Virus record (IMG/VR): IMGVR_UViG_3300025011_000027
Span: 1 to 64,000 of that record
From: a virus
Reading direction: 5' to 3' (one strand)
Length of the DNA: 64,000 nucleotides
Positions 28,873 through 39,559 of the stretch are shown in pieces; position 1 is the first letter of the stretch; every line of letters begins with the position of its first letter. Under the pieces are notes generated by a model. It was given only the letters and a program-made list of their open reading frames with translations, searched no databases and was not told where the DNA came from. The translations under genes were made by a program, and so were the position numbers.

Positions 28873-29349
28873 TTACGCACTAAAAGTAATGCTCCATTGA
28901 ATTGTGATATTTTCTGTAATAAGTGGAGTAAACGGAACGGGTAGCATCGTATGAAACCACGGATTTGCTGAAGTATCTCTAAACAGTACCTCAGTCACTA
29001 GAGTTGATACGATACCTGAGGGAATTTGGAATATAAAAGTAGTAGTTCCAGAAACAGGCGAATTTTGTTGATTGTAACTGAATGGGAACAATGTACCTGC
29101 TATTGGAGTAAATAAACCAGGGTCAGTTACACTAGGAGTTCCTGACCCTGATCCTAATTGTATCTGAGTTGGGGGAGAAACAGGTTGATAACCTAAATTA
29201 TTCTTCCCGCCTATCCATTGAGCAAAAGCTGAATTTGCATAATTAAGTGCTAAATTATGAGAAGAGAATGCACGCTCTTTACCTGTAATGGAATCAGTAA
29301 GTGTCACAATAACATTATCCGTTATTTTAGTACCAGACCTTACTTTCAT
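28873..29349 (-). CDS. Baseplate/tail-fibre attachment protein
   Basis: HNL...IQLGSG...D..L...TEV...WSITF; synteny. Confidence 0.6.
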   Translation of the reverse strand: MKVRSGTKITDNVIVTLTDSITGKERAFSSHNLALNYANSAFAQWIGGKNNLGYQPVSPPTQIQLGSGSGTPSVTDPGLFTPIAGTLFPFSYNQQNSPVSGTTTFIFQIPSGIVSTLVTEVLFRDTSANPWFHTMLPVPFTPLITENITIQWSITFSA

Positions 29350-29360
29350 TTATACACCTC

Positions 29361-30170
29361 CTACCAATTAAATTCACCCCAAATAAAATCTCCCCAAGTC
29401 CAATACTTTGATTTTAATGTAACGTCTAAAGACTCAGTAACATGAACAGTATCAGACATAATTCCTTGCAGGGTAATTGTAACTCCTACTCCAGAAGCTT
29501 TTAAATTTTGAATCATTGATCTCAGTGTATCAAGTGTATAAATATAACCTTGCGGAGCTGAAGTAGGTAATGTAATAATTACTTTAAATGCTCCTGGGTC
29601 AGTGTCAAGTACGTCACTCGAATAACCCAAATCATAAAGAACCTTTTGAATTGCAATATTATTTAATCTAGGAAATAAAGAGAAGTCGATTATCCTAGTG
29701 GAGTATAATTCATCTGGTTCATTCTGTTGACTTGTTACTCCATAAAATACTCCGATATTCTCAAGCCACTGATCAGTTGCAGTTGAAGGAGTTATTTGAA
29801 ATTGTGACTGAGCTGTATTTTTGTCTATGTCGTTTAACTGTTGTGAAACGGTCATTGATATTTGCCATAAAACTGAGGTAAAAGACTGAAGTAAAACTGG
29901 TGTATGATATGTCCCTTCCATCAGAGATAATGCAGACATCGTAGGATACTGAGTGACTGTACAATTAAATGTCGTGAGAGCGTTCAGAATCGCGGCTAAG
30001 CTGTCTAAAGTGTTACTTGCTAAGTCATATACTCCTATGCCGGATACGATCATCATGCCGCGTTTTATGACGATTGTGGACTCCTCAGTACACGTAATAT
30101 AAAGACTGTTCTCTACCTGAGGATCTTGATTAATTGCGGGAGGTAGATTTTTAAGATAACGTTCAATCAT
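29361..30170 (-). CDS. Baseplate wedge protein (gpI/Mu gp48-like)
   Basis: TAT..WL...G.FYGV.....E.D..Y..RI; LKASGV. Confidence 0.75.
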   Translation of the reverse strand: MIERYLKNLPPAINQDPQVENSLYITCTEESTIVIKRGMMIVSGIGVYDLASNTLDSLAAILNALTTFNCTVTQYPTMSALSLMEGTYHTPVLLQSFTSVLWQISMTVSQQLNDIDKNTAQSQFQITPSTATDQWLENIGVFYGVTSQQNEPDELYSTRIIDFSLFPRLNNIAIQKVLYDLGYSSDVLDTDPGAFKVIITLPTSAPQGYIYTLDTLRSMIQNLKASGVGVTITLQGIMSDTVHVTESLDVTLKSKYWTWGDFIWGEFNW

Positions 30171-30183
30171 ATCTGTCCTCCTA

Positions 30184-31293
30184 TCACAAAAGGGTTATTA
30201 GGGGACTCCCTGATAATTTAAGCAGTATGCCTGTACCTGGAATAACATCAGAAGCAGGCGTAGTTATAACGTAATTTAGAACTCCTGTAATACTTCCTAC
30301 TACCAGACCAATTGATTTCACCAGTAGAGTATCACCTATGTTTAAAGATTGAATCAAGTTTGCTATTGCAGTACTAATTGCAGTACTCAACATTTCTAAA
30401 GTATATCCAGGAGAGGGAGTCACTGATAACGCTACTACTTGTGTTTGGTTTGTGGCTATATAAGCAGTTGAAGGTATTCCTGCGGCTTTGTATCCAATTA
30501 CAAAAGACCCATCTGTATCTACATAACCATTTATTAACTTCTGACATTGCGTTAACAAATTGGATGAGGTATCGTAGGTTCCATTATCCACATAGATAGT
30601 ATTAAATCCACTACCTTCAATTACGAGAGCTTTCATAACACGCTCTATAACGTACCCGTATTCATCGAGTAGTTTAGCTTGTTTTGCTCCGTATTGCAAG
30701 GAATTTATATCACCTCTATGGACCGATGCTAGAAAGTCAGTAAACCTCTCAGCTCTCTCACTTTCAGTTTCTAAGTCTGCTCCACTAATCACAGCTTTTG
30801 TATTTGTGACTAAAACATTAGTCAGTCCACTTATACTAGAGTTGAGTTGGGTTATTGTACCAAGTTGAGTATTTCCAATTTTACCTGGTTGAGTGCATAC
30901 AATACCTAAGTTTGCTGAAGTAGCTCCAGAAGGCCATGTATAACTTCCTGTAGTTTTGTATTGTATTGTAGTTCCTTTCTTTGACACAATAATCCCGGAA
31001 GGAATAGCAACATTGGAAGTCGGAGCAACTGGAACTGAAAGTTGAGCGAGTGTATAAGCTGACTTTGGCTGTAGGAGCTGAAAATCAAACATTGAATATC
31101 CTGCCTCACGCTGCGAAGTAACTACATTTTCAGCTTGGCTACTGTAAAATCTTTTAAGTTCCACGGCAAATGCTGTAAATAGTCCTCTTATCACCGAACC
31201 TCTATTAAGATCGTCCGCGGTCGGAGTCAGAGCTGTATAAGTATTAATCATATTTGCAAGGGTCTGGTTCTCATTAGGTGGAGAATAAGTCAT
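30184..31293 (-). CDS. Baseplate J-like protein
   Basis: D.N.GSV.R, C...G.IGN, GAD.E.....R. Confidence 0.88.
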   Translation of the reverse strand: MTYSPPNENQTLANMINTYTALTPTADDLNRGSVIRGLFTAFAVELKRFYSSQAENVVTSQREAGYSMFDFQLLQPKSAYTLAQLSVPVAPTSNVAIPSGIIVSKKGTTIQYKTTGSYTWPSGATSANLGIVCTQPGKIGNTQLGTITQLNSSISGLTNVLVTNTKAVISGADLETESERAERFTDFLASVHRGDINSLQYGAKQAKLLDEYGYVIERVMKALVIEGSGFNTIYVDNGTYDTSSNLLTQCQKLINGYVDTDGSFVIGYKAAGIPSTAYIATNQTQVVALSVTPSPGYTLEMLSTAISTAIANLIQSLNIGDTLLVKSIGLVVGSITGVLNYVITTPASDVIPGTGILLKLSGSPLITLL

Positions 31294-32174
31294 TAAGATG
31301 TACCTCCTGTTGGTATATTAGCAGAAATGGACATATTTTTGTTAGAGTTAATCACCTTTAACTCCCCAGATAACTCTACAGCATCAAGCTTAGATATAAA
31401 ATTAGGCATTATTATGTCAGCTACTCTAGGGTCAGATAAAGCGGATTGTCTTGCGAATGATAAGGCTAACGTCTGATAATAAGGCTGATTACTTTCTCCG
31501 ATCACTTCAAATACTCTATTACCGTAAGTATTATCTCCAGGGAGTTGACCCATCGGAGTTCTCCACCTCATTGTTACCGCTTGGACTACGTTCTCAATAT
31601 CTGAGATCGTTTTAAGGTCTCCATTTACTCTTTCAAGAAAACCATCCTTGTCCAAATAAATATCTGTTCCATAAATGTTAGAGACAGCTAGATTAGCACT
31701 TACAATATTACCGATGGTTGCGGGAAGATAGATAGTATCACCAGTCTTCAAAACTTTAGTCGTAACCGTTTGCTGATTAACAAATACTGAAGCTATAGCG
31801 GAACGTGTGTAAGATTTCTGTAAAGGTGTCTGAAGCTCTAACGTGATAGTACCATCCAAGTTAATCGTTGACTTCTTAATAATGACAGATTCATAATATC
31901 CAGTTGTGAAGTCTCTTAAAAATAGTGTGTCCAGAGGAATAACTTTTAAGCTTTGAATGTTCCCTAAAGTGACTGAAGAACTACTTATAGTTGAAATAAT
32001 TTGAAGTTTACCTTTTTCAGACGAATATTGATCTATAGGATCATCACTGATAAACGGGTAACGCAAAGTGTTAAGGGATATAATAGCTCTCGAAACATTT
32101 ATCTTCAGTTGTGACTGGGATATTGTTTCAATCGTGTCTCCTTGAGCCACGACATAAGTTAGGTATTGACTCAT
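31293..32174 (-). CDS. LysM plus gp25-like baseplate wedge subunit
   Basis: YVV.QGDTI...N.LRYPFIS; GTDI...GDL....N..QA...R..TP.G....YG; DPRV. Confidence 0.75.
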   Translation of the reverse strand: MSQYLTYVVAQGDTIETISQSQLKINVSRAIISLNTLRYPFISDDPIDQYSSEKGKLQIISTISSSSVTLGNIQSLKVIPLDTLFLRDFTTGYYESVIIKKSTINLDGTITLELQTPLQKSYTRSAIASVFVNQQTVTTKVLKTGDTIYLPATIGNIVSANLAVSNIYGTDIYLDKDGFLERVNGDLKTISDIENVVQAVTMRWRTPMGQLPGDNTYGNRVFEVIGESNQPYYQTLALSFARQSALSDPRVADIIMPNFISKLDAVELSGELKVINSNKNMSISANIPTGGTS

Positions 32175-32557
32175 GCCGACACCCCCAGTAATAAGTTTAA
32201 AAATGAGTCTCCGATATCAGAAAAAGGACTTAGTTGCATAATAGGATCCCAAGAAGAGAAAGTTAATAGAATGTCTCTTGAAGATGCACTAATTGTGAGT
32301 AATTTGGTTCCATTCGTAGTGCTTGCGACTCTATAAAAGGCTACATGACCTTCCCAAAAAGCCTGCCAAAGATTGTTCAATAATAGTTTATCAGATACAG
32401 TAGGAGCATCAATAGTCAATAAGTCACACGTAGTCATACCCGCAGATAGTATCTTGACTATAATATGGCAAGAGGTTGAATCATACAAATAAATACTTTC
32501 CAAAAGACTTGGAAGTAATCTAACTGACTCATAAATGAAAGGGTAGTTATAAAGCAT
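32171..32557 (-). CDS. Baseplate-region hypothetical protein
   Basis: Synteny; overlapping stop/start. Confidence 0.55.
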   Translation of the reverse strand: MLYNYPFIYESVRLLPSLLESIYLYDSTSCHIIVKILSAGMTTCDLLTIDAPTVSDKLLLNNLWQAFWEGHVAFYRVASTTNGTKLLTISASSRDILLTFSSWDPIMQLSPFSDIGDSFLNLLLGVSA

Positions 32558-32568
32558 TATATTACCTC

Positions 32569-33276
32569 CTATCTATAAGGTACTAATATAATCTGACCAG
32601 GATATATAGTATATGGAGAAGAAATATTGTTGAACTGAGCTATTAGGGGATACTGAGAACCGTCATGATAAAACATATCTGCTATTTTCCATAAAGTATT
32701 TCCTGATACCACTGTGTAAGGTATCGGATCTGGTTTAATTGTTTCTGCAACCGCTGCAACTGTTGAAGTACTTTTTGCTACAATTGACGATATTCCCAAA
32801 GCTACCTGTACTGGAATGTCAGGAGAGGGTGCTTTGGGATTACTCATGTCTTGAAGTAAAGTAATGGGAATCGAATACCGGATAATTAACGGTTCAGCTT
32901 TGTTACGAGACGTTTGAAAATCATCCATTGTTATTTTAAAACTATACCCATCAATATCGTCAATAAAAAGAAGTTCAACTTCCGGAGTGGTCACTATTCT
33001 CTTATAATATTCTTCGTAGATTCTCCACAATATCTGAGCGGTTTCTTGACCATTTAACCCTGTAAGTGCGCTCTTTCTCCATCCAGTACTGCCTTGAATA
33101 GTTAATGATCTTACTCCTATACCAAGTATATCTTTGTAAATTCCTCCCATTGTTTGAGTTGTAGTCTGACGAGCTGGAGAAGTTATCTGAATTTGATCAG
33201 GATTAATCGGCATTGTTAAGCTAATCCCTTCTCCGCCACCTGACAATCTGAATGAAACATGATCATTATCTGACAT
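32569..33276 (-). CDS. Tail tube initiator-like protein with C-terminal LysM
   Basis: PINP..I....P.R....QT.GG; YTVVSGNTLWKIA..FY.DG..YP.IA..N. Confidence 0.8.
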   Translation of the reverse strand: MSDNDHVSFRLSGGGEGISLTMPINPDQIQITSPARQTTTQTMGGIYKDILGIGVRSLTIQGSTGWRKSALTGLNGQETAQILWRIYEEYYKRIVTTPEVELLFIDDIDGYSFKITMDDFQTSRNKAEPLIIRYSIPITLLQDMSNPKAPSPDIPVQVALGISSIVAKSTSTVAAVAETIKPDPIPYTVVSGNTLWKIADMFYHDGSQYPLIAQFNNISSPYTIYPGQIILVPYR

Positions 33277-33290
33277 GAAAAACTGCCTCC

Positions 33291-34013
33291 TTACACGATA
33301 ACACCTGGTCCGCTAGGAGTCGATACAGCATCACCAGATACTGCTACTCTCTTACCGTTAAGCGTTAATACACCTTCCTTAGCTTGAATAATAAGCCCTT
33401 GAGCTAGGTTAATCGTTAAAATACCATGCGTAGTTGTCGTTGCCGGTGACCAATTTTTACCTCTACCTTTTATAGCTGTCATATCTTTGGAAGCTTCATT
33501 AGGACCGTAAATGATGTAAGAACCATCAGGATAATGAGTCTCATGGTGACCACCTTTAGTTATCACGGTATATACACCCGATTCGTGGCTATTGACGGAA
33601 AGTCCTGATTCGTCTAAATGTAGCTGAGAATCGAGAGGAAAGTCAAATCCTATTACTCGCGGAGTTTGCCAATTACCATCTAAAAATCCAATAATAGCTA
33701 TTATGTCCGATTCATGGGACAAACTCCCACTATCATCAGTACCTTCTGAAGTATCAACAGGAGCTACATTTTTTATTGACGCTAAATACCTAAAACCTGC
33801 TACTGTACTTGCAGAATTTAATAGTACTCTAACATTTCTCAATACGTCACCACTAAATAACTTAACATCTACTGAGGTTCCGTCTCTAACTCCAATTACT
33901 TTCCCACTATACAAATTACTAGAATTCCTTGTAGAAGTGTGCTTAGTCTTTTGTACTGAAGACTGACGTACTACAGTATTTAGTGGTAGATTAGAGTAAG
34001 GATTATGGAACAT
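33291..34013 (-). CDS. Baseplate spike (gpV/gp5-like OB fold with beta helix)
   Basis: GKVIGV...VDV; IIGFLDG...P.VIG; HESG...HYPDG; VAVSGD. Confidence 0.65.
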   Translation of the reverse strand: MFHNPYSNLPLNTVVRQSSVQKTKHTSTRNSSNLYSGKVIGVRDGTSVDVKLFSGDVLRNVRVLLNSASTVAGFRYLASIKNVAPVDTSEGTDDSGSLSHESDIIAIIGFLDGNWQTPRVIGFDFPLDSQLHLDESGLSVNSHESGVYTVITKGGHHETHYPDGSYIIYGPNEASKDMTAIKGRGKNWSPATTTTHGILTINLAQGLIIQAKEGVLTLNGKRVAVSGDAVSTPSGPGVIV

Positions 34014-34031
34014 ATAATAACACCTTCCTGT

Positions 34032-35696
34032 CTATTTAAGTGGACTTTTAACAACTGGAGGAACATACCCCTTACCTAGTAAGTAGTCTATAAATGATTT
34101 ATCATCGGACGCATCTGGAGAAGTATTAGCAGGACTAGGGCTAATCCAACCATCATTAGTTGGAGAGCTTAATTTATCTGATTGATCAGTGTTAGGATCG
34201 GTATAATCTATTGAGTCAGATTGGTGAGAATCTCCGTAGTTTGAACTATTATTTACTACAGGTAAAGATAAAGAACGACTTAAAGCCGAAGGGTCTAAAG
34301 ATCCCGAAGAAGGATCGGTTGCGTAACGTCCTCTAGTTACACCAACTGTAGTTTCGTAATAAAAAGTACTATCATTACCTTTTGAATCAAGCTGAGACAC
34401 ACTGAAAATATTGTCTACTGACTCAATATAGCTTTCCTCGAGGGAGTCTTGATTAAACAAGTATCTACCTATTGTGATAGATGGGTCACCTTTTAGTCTT
34501 AAAGTACCATTTAGCATATCAGGAGCCCACCCATATGCTTTGTACAGCCACATGTTCATTTTTACTGATAACTGCACTTGTAGAGAATCAACTCCGAAAT
34601 TCAGTACGGGAATTGCAGGAGAAGATTTAGACATTATTTGCAGACCATATCTATAGATATAAGCCTTATTAAACTTTGGGTTAGAGGGGAAACTATCGTC
34701 ACCTTCATTAGCCGTCTTTTCAGCATCAGTACCATTACCAAACATATCACCACCGGAAGTAATAGCTGCTTTATACTCTAAGTCACCTTGAGTAAATAGG
34801 GAGGGATAAGTAAAGAAGTAATCATAAGTTTCTGCATCAGACGAACCCATATCGTCTTCAATAATATCTTCGTTGATAATTGTAACTGAAGGCCACCATT
34901 CAGTACCTAGAGCTGATTCAGCAAAAATGTATTTTCCGTTTTTATCCTTGAAAGGAGTGTTTCTATGCATGATAATAGGGCCATCTTGAGCATCAAATAC
35001 AAACCATTCACACCAAGGAAGGTTAGCATATTGGTCTATGACTGAAGCAATACTTCCTGACATCGACTGAAGAGTGATCCAGCTTAATGCATAATCGTCT
35101 AAAACTTGCACTAAAGGTCTAAGTAGAGGAATATTTGGAGTTTCTGCTTGCATTGCTTTTATCCATGGGGTAATTGTCGATTCGATGATTGAAGGAATTA
35201 ATTTATTCAGAGGAGTTACTGCATCACTCATATTTGGAAGTATTCCTAAGTTAGTCTGCGCTTCAGTTCCTGTAATTTGAGGACCAGGATTAACATCAGA
35301 ACTGGGAGTAAGTTGTCCTGGTATATTAGCAACATAATAGACTTCATATTTTTGTACTAATTTACCATAGTCGTTTCCATTTATAGTAATTGTTCTTCGT
35401 ATTTTACCAGAACGGTCAATGACCTTAGTCCTACGCTTATTAGTCACGAATCCGCGCATTATGAACTTAGGGTCACCAGTACGAGACATCTTTATTTCAA
35501 CGTAATCCATGTTAGATAAAATTCTATGCCACGACTTCTCCATGGTGAGAAGTAACGACCACTGACCCATAGGTTCAGCTAAACTTTTATGAGTGTTAAC
35601 TTGAAGGATATAAGGAGTTAAGTCATAAACAGTGGCCCCATGCCACGCTATAACTGATAGTTTAGGAGCATACGTTTTTACAGTAAACATGGTCAT
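34032..35696 (-). CDS. Baseplate hub protein
   Basis: T.KSL..P.G.W...MRGFV...I.G.DYGK; NG...LKG.P.I.IG; follows tape measure. Confidence 0.7.
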   Translation of the reverse strand: MTMFTVKTYAPKLSVIAWHGATVYDLTPYILQVNTHKSLAEPMGQWSLLLTMEKSWHRILSNMDYVEIKMSRTGDPKFIMRGFVTNKRRTKVIDRSGKIRRTITINGNDYGKLVQKYEVYYVANIPGQLTPSSDVNPGPQITGTEAQTNLGILPNMSDAVTPLNKLIPSIIESTITPWIKAMQAETPNIPLLRPLVQVLDDYALSWITLQSMSGSIASVIDQYANLPWCEWFVFDAQDGPIIMHRNTPFKDKNGKYIFAESALGTEWWPSVTIINEDIIEDDMGSSDAETYDYFFTYPSLFTQGDLEYKAAITSGGDMFGNGTDAEKTANEGDDSFPSNPKFNKAYIYRYGLQIMSKSSPAIPVLNFGVDSLQVQLSVKMNMWLYKAYGWAPDMLNGTLRLKGDPSITIGRYLFNQDSLEESYIESVDNIFSVSQLDSKGNDSTFYYETTVGVTRGRYATDPSSGSLDPSALSRSLSLPVVNNSSNYGDSHQSDSIDYTDPNTDQSDKLSSPTNDGWISPSPANTSPDASDDKSFIDYLLGKGYVPPVVKSPLK

Positions 35697-35709
35697 AGGA
35701 CCTCCTTAA

Positions 35710-38289
35710 TTACTGAGTTTGTAAACCGTTATAAGTTGCTCGGACAGTTAGCGGAATCATGCCACTTCCACGATTATTTCCATTGGAATCTAATAACTGA
35801 ATATTAATTGATTTCGGGACATTAAGCGATACTTGAGCACCTCCACCCGTTCCTCCTAAAGATTGATAGCTATTCCAGACACCATCTGCCCACTTTCTAT
35901 CTCCAGGCTTCCAACTGTTGTTCATAAAGTCGTTCAAACTATCCTTCGTGACAGGTTTACCTTTCATGTAACCAGATATTTGCTTAGCCGCTGATAATGT
36001 TTGATTAGTAAACTCACCTGGAGTGTCTCCATACTTCCATTCTTTGTTATTCGGTCCAGGGCCATAATCACCGTATCCCATTGAGAATCCTGGATAGCTA
36101 TTAGGGTTAGTTCCCCACTGAGTCTCATGCTGACCGATAGCTGCTAATAATATAGGGTCAACTCCTGTTGCATTACCTGCGGCTACTGCTGCATCCCAAA
36201 ACTTAGAAGGAACATTAGTTGGAGCTACTCCACCACTTCTTCCTGTTATACGATTACCCCCACTTGAGCTTCCGCTACTTTTTGAGCTAAGTAATTGAAC
36301 ACCCCTACTTCCTGACATTGAAGCTGCATTACCTAATTGAGTGGGTACTGCAATCACAGGATTTGAGTTTGTAGATGAGGGAGTAGCACCTGAACCACCA
36401 AACCAACCTTGAATCTGATTTGCCCAAGGCCGTAATGACATTAAGATAGCGGCCGTCTGAGTTGCAGCTTTAGCTGAATCAAATGATCCAGAACTACTAC
36501 CAGAATCAGATTCTTCATCGTATGAAGCAGTTAAGGAATTTGAAGGAGCTGACTGAGAGGTTTTACTTTTCTTATATTTATTGTACGCCCATATACCACC
36601 TGCGGTTAATATTGCTCCTCCTATAGTAGCTATTGCTAAAGGTATTCCTATACCAGTAGATGCTTCAGCTCCTGCAAGTGCTGCTCCCCCTGCAAGTACT
36701 CCTCCAGATGTAAGTCCCCCAGCGCCTGCGGCTGCAACTGCTCCGGCCCCTGCTGTAACTACTCCACGTGTTAATAGTCCCCTACCAACTCCTAAAGCTG
36801 CTTTTCCGATTTTACCTGCACTGTATACGCCCAATCCTGCAGCTCCAATGTTACCAACTGCGTTTCCAAAGACCGCATTATTTAATCCTTGGCCTGCATC
36901 AACAACATTGGAAGTAAGTCCCTGTTGCGCTTGAGCTGGATTTACAGTGTTTTGAAGAGTTTTGTCTAAGGGAGAAAGTTGAGATTTTAGACTTTCTTGA
37001 TTCTTACTAAACAACGTGGAATTAAATGTACCATCTTTATTAAGGTACTGCTCTCTCAGTGCTTTCATCATTAAAGGCTTAATTCCTAACATCTGTCCTT
37101 CATACAGGTTCTTAGAATCTTCATCATTCCCAAACATCTTTTCAGCACCGGTCATGACGTTCTCGAAGTTCGTCTTGTTATTATCACCTAAACCGAAAGC
37201 ACCTTGAGACTGAATGATCTTAGCCCGAGCATAAGAAGCTCCAGGAGCAATTAATCTAAACATTGCCGCTTGGCCCATAGCACCGAATCCAGGACTTTGT
37301 ATTCCTTGATCAAACTGGGCCATAGTTTGTGGTAGTTGGTTAATAAGAGCTTGATTACCGCCCTTTGTTGCAGTGGCGTATAATCCACCTAACATATTTT
37401 GATCTGGAGCATTAACCATATTTTGTTGAGCAATCGCAGTTAAGCTCTGAAGTGCTTCGACAACTTGACCGTTCTTACCTTGCATATTTCCAGCATTAAC
37501 GGTATTAGCAACTAATACCGCGTATTGTTGCCAATTCATTTGGGAAGTTGATCCGCCTGTAACACCTGATTTATACGAACCACTAAAGTAGTTTGCAGCT
37601 TGTCCGTAATCAAATCCATTTGATCTTCCAAACTGAGCTACACCTTTAATCTGATTGAAGAAATCTTTAGACTTACCTGCGGCTCCTTGTATTGTTTGAG
37701 CGCCACTTAATATTTCAGGATTTGTATATCCATATCCTTGACCTGATCTAAGCATACTCTGTGCCCAGTTCATATCTCCGCCACCACGAGTCATTGTTTT
37801 ACCCATATTAGCGAATGCAGGTAGTTGCTGTACGTTAGCATTGTAACCATTATACATTCCTGATATACCCTTGAGTCCAATAGCTGCGACAGCACTTGCT
37901 CCAGCCATCTGTGCTATCTCTCTAAGCTGATCATTTCGATTCGGTGAACTTGCACCCCGGACCGCGCTTACATCGCCGTACGACTGCCGAATATCGTTTC
38001 TCACGCCAGACATTTGAGCTTGAACAGTGGGATTTCCCGCAAGTCGTGCCTGACGCTCAGTAAGTCTAGCCATGCGCTCTACTAAACCTAACTGGTCTCT
38101 AAGTTGACGAGTATATTGCTCACTTCCCCAACCTCTAGATGTCATAGTCCTAGAAGCTTGGTCAAGTTCCCGGAACCTTTCAGTTATTCTTTGAGCTGAA
38201 GAAGCTACGCCTTGAAAGTCTCTTTGAAGGCGGTCCACTGCTTGTCCCTGTCTAACGTCTAAACTAATTCCTATACGGTGATCGGGCAA
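35710..38289 (-). CDS. Tape measure protein with C-terminal lysozyme/lytic transglycosylase-like domain
   Basis: Ala/Gly-rich helical body, TM segment, GVDP.LLAAIGQHETQWG, W...V. Confidence 0.85.
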   Translation of the reverse strand: MPDHRIGISLDVRQGQAVDRLQRDFQGVASSAQRITERFRELDQASRTMTSRGWGSEQYTRQLRDQLGLVERMARLTERQARLAGNPTVQAQMSGVRNDIRQSYGDVSAVRGASSPNRNDQLREIAQMAGASAVAAIGLKGISGMYNGYNANVQQLPAFANMGKTMTRGGGDMNWAQSMLRSGQGYGYTNPEILSGAQTIQGAAGKSKDFFNQIKGVAQFGRSNGFDYGQAANYFSGSYKSGVTGGSTSQMNWQQYAVLVANTVNAGNMQGKNGQVVEALQSLTAIAQQNMVNAPDQNMLGGLYATATKGGNQALINQLPQTMAQFDQGIQSPGFGAMGQAAMFRLIAPGASYARAKIIQSQGAFGLGDNNKTNFENVMTGAEKMFGNDEDSKNLYEGQMLGIKPLMMKALREQYLNKDGTFNSTLFSKNQESLKSQLSPLDKTLQNTVNPAQAQQGLTSNVVDAGQGLNNAVFGNAVGNIGAAGLGVYSAGKIGKAALGVGRGLLTRGVVTAGAGAVAAAGAGGLTSGGVLAGGAALAGAEASTGIGIPLAIATIGGAILTAGGIWAYNKYKKSKTSQSAPSNSLTASYDEESDSGSSSGSFDSAKAATQTAAILMSLRPWANQIQGWFGGSGATPSSTNSNPVIAVPTQLGNAASMSGSRGVQLLSSKSSGSSSGGNRITGRSGGVAPTNVPSKFWDAAVAAGNATGVDPILLAAIGQHETQWGTNPNSYPGFSMGYGDYGPGPNNKEWKYGDTPGEFTNQTLSAAKQISGYMKGKPVTKDSLNDFMNNSWKPGDRKWADGVWNSYQSLGGTGGGAQVSLNVPKSINIQLLDSNGNNRGSGMIPLTVRATYNGLQTQ

Positions 38290-38291
38290 GT

Positions 38292-39039
38292 TTATCCACC
38301 CCCAAACATTCTACCAAAAACGTCTTTAGGATTAACTATTTCAAAATCTGATTCTTGAGTTGGTTCTTGTTTAACTGCATACCGCATTGAGTATCTTGGG
38401 GCATTTGAATCATCTGGTAAAGTAATGTGCATTTCCTCACCCGATTCAATTCTTTTCTTCATATCCGCGTATAGTTTTGGATCAGTACGCATATTCCTTT
38501 CAAATGATCCTTTATCAAGATCGATAGAATCATCAGATGTCATGTCATTTAAGAATTCAGCATGCTCTTTTCTGAGAATTAACTCGTATTCAAGCTCGTA
38601 CTCAGTTAAGTTTTCAAATTCGTTTAATGGCCCTCTAGGAATATTATACTGAAGTCGATAAGCATATTGAACGCTTCGACAGTCATCATACGCCCACTGG
38701 ATCTTGTTCTCCTCGTACTGGCTTTCGAAAAGAGTCTAACCATTTTCTAACCTCTTGTCCAAGAGAAATAAGAGCTTCAAGGTCAAATAACTTGTCATAA
38801 TCCCATCCGTTAGTACTCTTGTCCTTTATAAACTCTTTGGGAGCTGCACTAACTACAACATCTAAAAGGGCCATAACTTCTATTAAATCCCAATCATTAA
38901 TCGAGAGATTCAACGATTCAGAGTACCGCTGCATTCTTTTTGAAACATCTAAGCGTTGTTTAAGACTCGGAATTTTGCAAGTTACTTTACCGAAAGCACT
39001 ATCAAACTCTTTTTCTTGGGACTGTGTTAAATGATCCAC
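38292..39039 (-). CDS. Tail assembly chaperone pair (117 aa plus ~248-aa +1 frameshift product)
   Basis: Lies between tube and tape measure genes; TCT TTT CGA at 38733-38725; +1 frame open without a start codon for 62 codons into ORF 38292-38543. Confidence 0.8.
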
Positions 39040-39065
39040 TTAATATACCCTCTCTCCGTTTAAAA

Positions 39066-39092
39066 TAAACGGACGGTGTTAACCGCCCGTTG
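39066..39092 (-). terminator. Terminator after tail tube gene
   Basis: aacgggcggt-taac-accgtccgtt-tatttt. Confidence 0.6.
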
Positions 39093-39097
39093 TTTGA

Positions 39098-39544
39098 TTA
39101 ACCTAATAAATCTCCCGCTAAATCTAAAGCTACAAAACTATGATCGTATTTCATAGCTTGACCAGTATCCACTGAATAACCCATACTGCTTGGCATACAT
39201 GATAGCGCCTTAATCAATAAGGAATCGGGCGTGTTAGTTCCTGCAATTGAGCTATATACTCCCACATCAAAGACGTTACCTTCTAAAATATCTCTAACTG
39301 AGGTGCTAGGGAGAATTCCCTGTGCAGCGAGGTTAGTAGAAATAAGTAAGATACCTGATAAGCTTACAGTAATTCGAGCAATTCCAGGAACATACTCTAC
39401 TACTACATTATCTCCAATACCTGCTTGATCCTGCAAAGCGAAATCGGCGGCGATTCTTAAAGAACTAGCAATACCAATGACTTTATTTTTGATAACAATT
39501 AGAACTTGATTGGCAGACCTAACTTTTTTGTTTACTCCGTTCAT
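39098..39544 (-). CDS. Tail tube protein
   Basis: SAN.V.I.I....IG...S....DF.....GIG.....E.VPG; follows sheath. Confidence 0.85.
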   Translation of the reverse strand: MNGVNKKVRSANQVLIVIKNKVIGIASSLRIAADFALQDQAGIGDNVVVEYVPGIARITVSLSGILLISTNLAAQGILPSTSVRDILEGNVFDVGVYSSIAGTNTPDSLLIKALSCMPSSMGYSVDTGQAMKYDHSFVALDLAGDLLG

Positions 39545-39559
39545 TAGTCAATCGCCCCC

